A stretch of DNA of 64,000 bases. Origin: Methanobacteriota archaeon. Its GTDB lineage: Archaea; Thermoplasmatota; Poseidoniia; Poseidoniales; Poseidoniaceae. The notes beneath the pieces are model-generated. The model was not told the DNA's origin and did no database searches. It was given only the letters and a program-made list of their open reading frames with translations. Below, in pieces: positions 1-8,500 of the stretch. Every line of letters begins with the position of its first letter. Position 1 is the first letter of the stretch. Position numbers and translations under genes: made by a program. The stretch covers positions 13,243 to 77,242 of the forward strand of contig PBTH01000005.1 in the NCBI GenBank assembly GCA_002726495.1, written 5' to 3'.

Positions 1-864
1 AACGACCAAGGCGGTACCGATGACGCCGTTGCTACGGTGATTGTTAATGGCGCCCCCGTGATCAATCTTAGCATGCCGCCGTCGGTTCGTGCAGGAGATA
101 CAGCCCTCTTTGATGCATCACAGTCCTACGACCCTGAAGGTGGACTGCTGACATTCTCATGGGATTTCGACCCTAAGGTTGACACCAATGGTGATGGAGA
201 CCCAGAAAATGACCTTGATGCCCTCACGCCCGAAGTTTTGCTGCCCACTGAAAAGTCGGGTATGATTTCCGGCATTCTTCGTATTGATGACAATGATGGG
301 GCATTCTCAACTGAAGCGTTTGAACTTAACATCACAACCCGGACCTTCAAAGTCGTCTGGGTGACTGAAAAGATACAGATCTCATGGGATGAATATCTTG
401 AGCAAGGACAGTCGTGGGAAGGAAACATGACTCCGGGGGACAATGGTCGAATCATTGCGTTCGATGCCGTCCTTGAACTTGACGAAGAGGACGTGCCTCC
501 TCACGACAACTTCACATTGTTTGTTCATATCGTTGATGATAATTTCCGAGACAATGCACAAACTGAAGGAAATTACACCAACAATCAACCTGTGCGAGCA
601 GAAATAACACTTGGAGACATGAATGCTCCGGGCGAAGAAGGCCTCTTTGTTGCAGACTCCGAAGAGGAATTGGTTCGTCTTCTGCTCAATGATGAAGGCA
701 ATAGCAGCGGGCAAGGAATTTGGCTGTGGTCTGTAGCCGCAAAACAAGCGGAACCTGATTCGTTCATTGGTGAATTTGACCCCGACCCCGGCAACGATTG
801 GGTTCTGACGGTTGAAATTACGGTTTCAAGACCATCCTTGACCGAAGTGGCAACCAGTGAGTGA
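1..864 (+). CDS. C-terminal part of a secreted PKD-domain surface protein (5' end lies outside the window)
   Basis: Frame 1 is open from base 1 (NDQGGTDDAVATVIVNG...), so the ORF-track start at 37 is only an internal GTG. There is a PKD-like segment VRAGDTALFDASQSYDPEGGLLTFSWDFD followed by an acidic DTNGDGDPEND stretch. Confidence 0.6.
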   Translation, partial: NDQGGTDDAVATVIVNGAPVINLSMPPSVRAGDTALFDASQSYDPEGGLLTFSWDFDPKVDTNGDGDPENDLDALTPEVLLPTEKSGMISGILRIDDNDGAFSTEAFELNITTRTFKVVWVTEKIQISWDEYLEQGQSWEGNMTPGDNGRIIAFDAVLELDEEDVPPHDNFTLFVHIVDDNFRDNAQTEGNYTNNQPVRAEITLGDMNAPGEEGLFVADSEEELVRLLLNDEGNSSGQGIWLWSVAAKQAEPDSFIGEFDPDPGNDWVLTVEITVSRPSLTEVATSE

Positions 865-902
865 AAGAGAAAGGTGTATGAAGAGGGGCGCCTTGGAGAG
901 GA

Positions 903-1265
903 ATGGTCACCATGGTGGATACGGTAGAAATCAGTCGCGTTTCAATCCGAAATACAGTATCAGTTGATCTTTCCGTATGGATGAAACACCCAGATGATTG
1001 GGATTTCAGGCCGGCTTTATTTTACTCAAACAATACACTTTCAGTACGCTGTGCTAACCAAGGTCATGAACTCGCTTCTGTAGAATTGGACGATGAGCAG
1101 GATGAAACGCTTCAACGCGACCGAGCCGCAGAACTTCGGGTGAAGTTCCAAGTTCACGGAATGCACGGGCGCCTGAAGAACATCCACCCCATCATCGCCG
1201 ACGGTAAAGCGAAAAAATTAGCCACCGCTAATTGGAAAACGACTCAAACTGTTTCGTTTGAATGA
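903..1265 (+). CDS. hypothetical protein
   Basis: 120-codon ORF that fits tightly between its neighbours on the same strand. I recognise no motif. Confidence 0.4.
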   Translation: MVTMVDTVEISRVSIRNTVSVDLSVWMKHPDDWDFRPALFYSNNTLSVRCANQGHELASVELDDEQDETLQRDRAAELRVKFQVHGMHGRLKNIHPIIADGKAKKLATANWKTTQTVSFE

Positions 1266-1301
1266 GTCCCAACGAATCTTTCATAACGGTTCAATGAGAT
1301 T

Positions 1302-1598
1302 TTGCCGTTTATGAAACAGAAAACAGGTATTGGCAGTCAAAAACGAGCAAGATTCAATCGCTTGTGCAAGGAAGTTCGTCACTTTGTTTCAGCCAATCCT
1401 GGGTGTTCCGCCCAAGCAATTGTCGCCAACCTAAACCACGATCAAAGAATGAGAAACCATGGACTTACTCCAAGAAAAGTTGGCTTTTTTATCACCCGCC
1501 ATCTCACCGCATCACTCACCTGGTGGCAAGACCATCGTGCTGGACGGCGAGTGTATGGGCTGATCGGCGATGAACGTTCAAAAAACACACCTGAATGA
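1302..1598 (+). CDS. hypothetical small basic protein (possible winged-helix fold)
   Basis: 98-codon ORF rich in Lys and Arg, co-oriented with its neighbours. There is no diagnostic motif. The overlapping 1364-1573 ORF is an alternative frame and less likely. Confidence 0.4.
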   Translation: MPFMKQKTGIGSQKRARFNRLCKEVRHFVSANPGCSAQAIVANLNHDQRMRNHGLTPRKVGFFITRHLTASLTWWQDHRAGRRVYGLIGDERSKNTPE

Positions 1599-1641
1599 AG
1601 ACAAAACGTGGGTTTGACTCATGTAGGGTCTGCGCTTCAGC

Positions 1642-2310
1642 ATGGATATGGAGGGTCAAATTGCAGCATATTTCGACCTCGACGGAACCCTTCTCAATGC
1701 GTCAAGTGAAAAGACCCTAACCGCCCATCTCGCTAAGCGTCGTCCGTGGCGCATCCCATGGGGGGCAGTCGCTTGGACAACGGGGTTTCTTACCAATTTA
1801 TTACGAGGCCGTTCAGTCTATGATGCTGCCCGAAACCGAGGGCACCTCTCATTGGCTTCTTGGGATGTATTGGAAACATATTCACAACACCTTGCAGAAC
1901 ATGTTTTACGGCCTCAGGTATCTCAGCAAGCATGGGAGCGATTAAATTGGCATCGAGAACAAGGTCACCGATTGATTTTGGTTACGGCGACAGTAGCTCC
2001 CATGGCCGAAGCGATGGCAAAAGTCCTGGATATGGATGAAGTGTACGGTTGTGGGCCAAGTGAGCGGTCGGGCCGGCTATCGGGATCAGAACGAGGGTGG
2101 AGCGTGCCTCGTAGAAAAGGCAAGGTTCCAGTTGTGCAACAAGATGCCCTCCAGCATGGGCATGACCTCGGGCAATGTTACGGGTATGGAAATACCCATG
2201 CCGACTCTTGGTTTATGGCCTTGTGCGGGCACGCAGTGGCCGTTAATCCTGAAGGGTCCTTGAGGAAACATGCCGAGAATCAGCAATGGGAAATTGTTGA
2301 ATGGCGTTGA
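1642..2310 (+). CDS. HAD-superfamily hydrolase, subfamily IB (SerB-like phosphatase family)
   Basis: HAD motif I YFDLDGTLL (DxDGT), LILVTATVAPMAEAMA, and the C-terminal YGYGNTHADSWFM at the position of the acidic motif IV. Confidence 0.7.
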   Translation: MDMEGQIAAYFDLDGTLLNASSEKTLTAHLAKRRPWRIPWGAVAWTTGFLTNLLRGRSVYDAARNRGHLSLASWDVLETYSQHLAEHVLRPQVSQQAWERLNWHREQGHRLILVTATVAPMAEAMAKVLDMDEVYGCGPSERSGRLSGSERGWSVPRRKGKVPVVQQDALQHGHDLGQCYGYGNTHADSWFMALCGHAVAVNPEGSLRKHAENQQWEIVEWR

Positions 2311-3314
2311 GACTTCATATATTGTCAATTGCAATCCTTGTCATGGATTACGAGGAAGAAGAAGTCGGGGAAATTGAAGCAAGCACACACATCCAATATT
2401 CACGAAGAGAATTGCTCTTGAACGAGATGTTGGAGGCCACCGAAGCATCACGGCGTGCAGCACGTTTGGTTCATAACATCGTAGAAAACAACCCAGAAAA
2501 GATGTTTGTTGACAAGGATGGCAAGATTGTCATCAACGGAAGCCTTGCAACATACAGAGTTGATATGAATGGTTTTCACAACAAAATGAACAATCCATTT
2601 GATTACAGTTCCTTTGACCAAGTAGAAGTTCACCCAAAAGGAATCCTGTCCGAGAAATTTCAAACCGCTTGTGTCCAGGTGCAAATGCATGCCTCCATGC
2701 CTGCTTATGACCTCCTAGGGGCCTATTTATTGGGCTTGATGAACGATGAGCATACTTGGTTGGAAGAGAACATGACTCCGCTTCGAAGGGCTTTATACTC
2801 AATGTATGGTTTGAGAATGAGTCCGCTTACCAAGTCTCTTTCTGAACACCTTTATCTTCAACATAAAGGCCAGTTTGATACCAAAAACGACCGCTTAACT
2901 TTCAACGGTACCAATGGTTGGAAATGGCGGCTGTCCTTTGGCAACCCCCTCGCACGAGGCTTCAAGATTGAATATCAAAAGCCACGTCAAGACTGGTGGA
3001 ATCATATGTTTGATGACCACTCTGTTGAAACTACAGACCACTACACAATGTCCCATTTCTTCGACATTGTAGAGCATTTGGCCCAATCTCCCGCTTTGCT
3101 TCGGCAAGCGGCTGAATGGAACACAGACCCAATTTTTGTTCGTAAAGTTGCATCCGATTATCCACCTCTTGCACGAGACCTTATTTCACGAATTGAAGCC
3201 GAAGATTACGACCCATCTGAGATTTACTCCTTTTACGATGAACCCATTGATTCCAATGACGCCATTCAGATTTCATTTTTGGACGACCAAATAAGAAGCA
3301 TGATTCTTGCTTAA
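2301..3314 (+). CDS. hypothetical protein; shares a module with the 807-aa orphan at 23010-25397
   Basis: 337-codon ORF with an ATG start overlapping the HAD stop by 10 nt. No known domain is recognised. The segment RLVHNIVENNPEKMFVDKDGKIVINGSLATYRV...CVQVQMHASMPAYDLLGAYLLGLMND aligns by eye with 24129-24464. Confidence 0.55.
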   Translation: MALRLHILSIAILVMDYEEEEVGEIEASTHIQYSRRELLLNEMLEATEASRRAARLVHNIVENNPEKMFVDKDGKIVINGSLATYRVDMNGFHNKMNNPFDYSSFDQVEVHPKGILSEKFQTACVQVQMHASMPAYDLLGAYLLGLMNDEHTWLEENMTPLRRALYSMYGLRMSPLTKSLSEHLYLQHKGQFDTKNDRLTFNGTNGWKWRLSFGNPLARGFKIEYQKPRQDWWNHMFDDHSVETTDHYTMSHFFDIVEHLAQSPALLRQAAEWNTDPIFVRKVASDYPPLARDLISRIEAEDYDPSEIYSFYDEPIDSNDAIQISFLDDQIRSMILA

Positions 3315-3330
3315 GCTGATTGGTGTTGAA

Positions 3331-3407
3331 TGGCGGCCCCACCGCGATTCGAACACGGGTTCGAGGCTCCGCAAGCCTCTGTGATATCCAAGCTACACTA
3401 TAGGGCC
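3331..3407 (-). tRNA. tRNA-Arg (anticodon GCG) with genomically encoded CCA
   Basis: The reverse complement folds as a cloverleaf. Acceptor stem GGCCCTA/TGGGGCC; D arm GTGT...TCAC with GG in the loop; anticodon stem GAGGC/GCCTC with loop TTGCGGA (anticodon GCG); 4-nt variable loop; T arm CCGTG-TTCGAAT-CGCGG; discriminator G; CCA encoded at 3331-3333. Confidence 0.85.
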
Positions 3408-3501
3408 ATTTTGGGCGACCAGCCGCCCCAATATAAGCGCGAGGGTGATGTTTGCCCCGGCTCGCACAAGGGTTCATTGAATTGAGCCTCTTGGGGCAAG
3501 C

Positions 3502-3933
3502 ATGGCGGTAGTGATAGAACGACCCGTAGAATTCCCCATGGTCGATTTAGCAAACATCGCCTATTACCCACGGATATACGATTTAGCGCACCGCGTGTTT
3601 GAAGCGTCTTGGCTGGAGATGTGTGGTGTTGATTACCCGACCGTCTTGGGCCAGATCAACGTTGGATTTCCAGTTGTGAACATCACCTCTGAATTCAAAG
3701 CCCCCATGCGTTATGGGGACATGATCTCTGCCCACATTTCAATTTCCCATCTCGGAACATCGTCACTTGTTTGGGAGTACCGATTCTTCAATCAGCACGG
3801 GGATTTGGTTTGGACATCATCGCAAACGACAGTTTGTGTTGACATGACTACGCTTCAATCACGGACGATTCCGGACGATTTGAGAGAAGGACTTCTCGCA
3901 CATATGGAAGGGGGCGTTGAAGGTGGAAAGTAA
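3502..3933 (+). CDS. hotdog-fold acyl-CoA thioesterase (4-hydroxybenzoyl-CoA thioesterase / YbgC-like)
   Basis: About 140 aa with VDLANIAYYPRIYDLAHRVFE, GFPVVNITSEFKAPMRYGD and SSLVWEYRFFNQHGDLVW. This layout is typical of 4HBT-type thioesterases. Confidence 0.7.
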   Translation: MAVVIERPVEFPMVDLANIAYYPRIYDLAHRVFEASWLEMCGVDYPTVLGQINVGFPVVNITSEFKAPMRYGDMISAHISISHLGTSSLVWEYRFFNQHGDLVWTSSQTTVCVDMTTLQSRTIPDDLREGLLAHMEGGVEGGK

Positions 3934-4492
3934 TGAAATTCGTCCGGATTCCAAAGGCCCGAAGAACGTAGCAATTTTGTTGTTCATTAGCGCACTTATC
4001 TTGGCCGGTTTTGCCTACCAAGATTGGATGCAGCACCAAGGTGGACTTACAGATTCTCAAGTCGACACCTTCCTCGCAACACCAAACAACCAAGGCGGCG
4101 AGCCGACAACGGTTGATGATTTTCGCAATTTTGAGGACGCAGTTCAATCAAATAAGGGCTACTTGATCCGATCGATTGGCCTGGCTATCACCACAGTTAG
4201 TCTCTTGATCGGAGCACCCCTACTGCATCGTTTGAACATCAAGGGCGCCTACCTCTGTGTTGCTGGAGCAGCGATAGGTCTGTGTTCTGGCGTGTTTGGA
4301 AGTTTTCAGATCAATCAATCAGCACAAATGCATCTCGGCGACGCCATGATGCTAACCTACGAGATATGGGTCTATCTTTGCGGCACTATCATGTCACTTT
4401 GCCTCGCAGTCGCCGCCTTACCGCTTCTCAATACGAGGGCTCGTTTGGCTTTGTCACCAGAAGTAAAGTTGATTCAAGAAGAATCAGAATAA
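3917..4492 (+). CDS. hypothetical integral membrane protein
   Basis: Several hydrophobic helices (VAILLFISALILAGFAY, IGLAITTVSLLIGAPLL, YLCVAGAAIGLCSGVFG, LCGTIMSLCLAVAALPLL). The start is TTG 3917 or GTG 3923 and overlaps the thioesterase stop. Confidence 0.5.
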   Translation: MKVESNEIRPDSKGPKNVAILLFISALILAGFAYQDWMQHQGGLTDSQVDTFLATPNNQGGEPTTVDDFRNFEDAVQSNKGYLIRSIGLAITTVSLLIGAPLLHRLNIKGAYLCVAGAAIGLCSGVFGSFQINQSAQMHLGDAMMLTYEIWVYLCGTIMSLCLAVAALPLLNTRARLALSPEVKLIQEESE

Positions 4493-4941
4493 TCTTCATC
4501 CTTTGGCTGAGGCCATTTTTTTGATAGGGCTTTACGCAAATCGTCGTCCATGGTCGCGTTCCACCAATCACTTCCTTGCCATATCGCATATTTGCCTCGT
4601 ATGCCACGAAGGTCGGCTCCCTTGAATTTACAATTTTTAAAATTGGAGAGGTTCATTCTCGCCTTTCTAAGATCGGCCCCTCTAAAGTCAGAGTTGTCAA
4701 ACGATGATTTCATCAAATCAACCTCAACCATGGATGCTCGTCTGAAGTCGCAGTGGGTGAAGTCACCTTCGGTTAGGTCAGCACGATCAAGAATTGCTCT
4801 TCGGAAGTTGGAACTGGTGTGACGTCCTTTACGAACCAGCTCTCCTGTTTTGTTTTGAAACGACCAGTCAAGGATTACGGACTCTTCTGCTGTGGATTCG
4901 TCGTCGCGGGGGTCTCCAGTTCCACCTCCCGACATGACCAT
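4474..4941 (-). CDS. pentapeptide-repeat protein
   Basis: Consecutive A(D/N)LXX pentapeptides: ILDRADLTEGDFTHCDFRRASMVEVDLMKSSFDNSDFRGADLRKARMNLSNFKNCKFKGADLRG. Confidence 0.75.
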   Translation of the reverse strand: MVMSGGGTGDPRDDESTAEESVILDWSFQNKTGELVRKGRHTSSNFRRAILDRADLTEGDFTHCDFRRASMVEVDLMKSSFDNSDFRGADLRKARMNLSNFKNCKFKGADLRGIRGKYAIWQGSDWWNATMDDDLRKALSKKWPQPKDEDYSDSS

Positions 4942-4950
4942 GCTAGCACC

Positions 4951-5439
4951 TCAAGCGCCGGAGCGCTTGTCCAGATGTGCTTGGCCTTCGGGTGTAAGGA
5001 TTGCGAATCGATTTTTATCCTCCTTGCCGTTTGGTACGACCAAGAAATTTTTCTCTTTCAAACGGTTGAGGTAAAGTGAGAGGTTGCCGGGAGATTCAAT
5101 ACCTGCATCGCTGAACAATTGGTTGACGACACGGGGGGGGCTGTCACTAATGCCTTCAACATCCCGAAGATAGTGTATGGCGCCGAGAACTTGGTCCGGT
5201 TTTCGTGACAATGCACAGTTATTCAGTAAGGCGCGGAAGGCTGACCCACGCTCGGGTAAACCAGCGTCTCGAGCGGCATTCACGGCAGCTTCAAGCGCGT
5301 ATTCTCTCGCCTCACGGATTCGCTCCAGAAGCATGGTCCAAGTGTGGTCGGCCTTGGTAGCCGCCAATTGTTCGTCAATTTGGATTGTGGCTCCCTCAAG
5401 ATTAATTTCAATGTCGCCTGCTTGAACTGTAAGTCGCAA
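4951..5439 (-). CDS. hypothetical protein with possible C-terminal winged-helix DNA-binding domain
   Basis: TTG start preceded by GGAGAG. The C-terminal GNLSLYLNRLKEKNFLVVPNGKEDKNRFAILTPEGQAHL looks like a MarR/ArsR-type wing. It lies directly upstream of the pentapeptide gene on the same strand. Confidence 0.45.
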   Translation of the reverse strand: MRLTVQAGDIEINLEGATIQIDEQLAATKADHTWTMLLERIREAREYALEAAVNAARDAGLPERGSAFRALLNNCALSRKPDQVLGAIHYLRDVEGISDSPPRVVNQLFSDAGIESPGNLSLYLNRLKEKNFLVVPNGKEDKNRFAILTPEGQAHLDKRSGA

Positions 5440-5587
5440 AATAATCTCTCCTTCTCAATGAAAGGGAAACTCAATCATTCATAACCTTATGTTGTGAAAA
5501 ATGATACATTTTCCGCGAAATTTAGAGGGTTCGTCCATGCAAAACAAACATAACAGGTAATGTGTAGCAACCCATGAGGCCATTAAA

Positions 5588-8500
5588 ATGAAATCCCGCA
5601 AAATTTTGGGAATTGTGCTTATGCTGATGTTGGTCGGGCCAGCCTGGTCGGTTATGTTTGCCAGTGCTCAAACAACGACCCTTTCTGTATTTTCAACCGG
5701 TACAGCCCAAGAAACAATAACAATGAGTGGCGGCACACATGCCTCTCTTGGGTTTGATCTAGAACGAAATACTACCATCCAAGACGCATTTTTCTTCTTA
5801 TCTCCAGACTCCGGAACGACTCAATCTCCAGGTAACCTGTGGTTGGACCTTGACCAAAATGGAATCAACGAATGGGAATTCAACCAGACTAATTATGGTG
5901 GTTTTGGCCTCCAGACAATGTTTGCAGATGGAAACAATTCAACTTCAACTTTAATCAGTCCAAATAGCGTGGTTCAAATGAGCACCAATTCATCCGACTT
6001 CCTCCTCCCTTATGGTGCGGCCCTAAGCGACGCCCGAATTACGGTGGAATTTGAGCCTACTTTTTCGGGAGGATTTTACCAGATGGGGCCTGTGATCGAT
6101 GTAGCAATAGGTGATATTGAGAACAACAGCCTTTCAGACGCAGTCATTCTTTCTTCGTCAAATGCGACCACAGGTGTTGGAACAGCGTTCAGCGTTATGG
6201 GTCTCGACAATACAACAGGGATTACAAACACATCGTGGACGCCGACATGCACCAACGCAACCCGTCTCATGGTCGATGATTTGAACGGGGATTCGTTCCA
6301 AGATGTAGTCACATACGCTCCTACTGATAACGTTCTGTGCACGCACCTTTACAACGGAACCTCCGGGAGTTTCTCGGCTCAAGTCAATTTCACCCTCCCT
6401 TCAACGGTCATAGACTTGGATATCGGCGATACGGCAGATGATGGATACGCCGATTTGATTACCATTCGGTCAGGCGGAGTTGTTGATATTGCGGAATACA
6501 ATGCCAAGAGCGGAGGTTATGCTTCAGTCAGTTCACTTACAATTTATCAACAGTCAGGAGGCACTACAACCGCCACATTATCGGCAATGTACCTGGCCCG
6601 TTTTAACGGGGAATTGAACCCCTACAAACTTGTTGTCGTGGACAATACCGGCCAATGCATCCAAATCGAATATTTCCAAAGCACCAGCGTTTACGCTGAA
6701 TTGGCCAGTCGATTTAGCGGCTTGGGAACGGATTCTATTTATGGAGACATTGACAGTGACGGAGACCTTGATTTCATCGCAACTCGGGGGTCAGGTCACC
6801 GGTCAATCGAAAATAGAATCACTTCATGGGACAGCGACAATCATCAAGGGCTCCTCGACCTTACCAATGCTTCAATTGTTGACCATAATTATGACATGGA
6901 CAGTTCACTCTTCCTCCCACAATTAGCCGTATCGGATGGTAACCCAAGTACCATTGAAGGTAATTTCACAACATATAATTTTGATACCACCGGCAACAAC
7001 CAAGGCAGAGTTCTCTTCAACACCGAAGTAATCATTGAACCTTGGACCATGCCAAAATCAATTGATTTTGGAGATTTTGACGGCGATGGTATTCGGGAAC
7101 ATGTTATTGTGGCAGGAGAAGGGTCTCAACATGGTGTTTTCATCGGAGGGTGGCACGAGATCGGATACGATGTTGATCACAATTCAGTTATGGATTACAC
7201 CGCATCAGGATACGCCGGTAATGGCTCCAATGGTCTGCCGCCACTTGAGATTCTCGATCCTGTCAACAATCTAAGTTCAGACTTGGGCATGATGAGTTAC
7301 AGTTGGGATTGGACAGTGGACGGATACGGGATTCAGATGTCTCCAGTTAACTTTTCTTTAGGTTCACTCGGTAACGGGACTTTCCACTTTTCTGAACTCA
7401 ACATCACCTACAATGCTGATTTTCAAGTAAATTTCAATCCTCATCCTGCTGGGAATTTAACCAATGTCCTCAACCAACAGATGACGGGTGGCTCGGGAAC
7501 ACTCTTTGTGCCTCTGGTATTTTCATCAACCCAAAATGGCAGCTTCTTAATTTCAAATCCAACGGTGACGTACATCCAGGGGGCTCCAAACATTGCATTA
7601 CCCCCTACGCCGGTCTTGCAGGTGGCTCAACTCAACAGTACTGTTGCTGAAATTATATGGCAAAATCAATCGGACTTTGGTGACGACTTGCTCGAGTTCA
7701 TTGTGTATCGAGTGGGGGCGAATCAATCGTTGGATCTGATGAATATTTATTCCAATTCGATGCTCAACGGCACGATGGATTCCAATTTCCTTCCAGGCGA
7801 GACCTATACCTATTACGTCCGTAGCATTCACGCATTTGGAGTGACGAGTAACCTCTCAGCCCCGCTTTCAATATACATACCGTATCCTCCTCCACAATCC
7901 TACATCCCGAACATAACGGCCGGCGACCATCCCGGCGACGGTGGCGGCGTTTTGGATGTGTCTTGGTCATCAGGGCATGCGTCAATAACTCATCATAACG
8001 TCTATGTTTCAAGCACGAACTTTACATCGATTGCTGAACTCAATGCATCAATCGTCGTACCATCTTCTGTACTTATGGCAAATATCAGCGTTGATGATGA
8101 AGGTCAGCCGCTGACCGATGGGATTGCATATTATGTCGCCGTTGTTGGCGTTGACCAATACGGCAATGCATCACAGCAGGTGATTGCAAACGGTCCATTT
8201 TACACAAGGAACGATACGGCGTTGGTGACAACACTCGATGTATCCTATGTTGGGTTCACAGAAGATACGGCGCTATCGCAAGTGTTGCTGAAAGAGGACG
8301 GCTCTTTGCATGTTACTGCGCATCTTCATCACGATGGCGTGGCAGTCGATGGAGCGGAATTGTCGCTCAATATTTTTGGAGAAAATGATAATTATACCCT
8401 TTTCGAAACTACAAATGACTCAGGAATTGCAGTCTTCACGGTAGCCGATCTAAGCACATTGGGGCCGATTGAGGCTCTTGGTTCAATGTCGCTATCGGTC

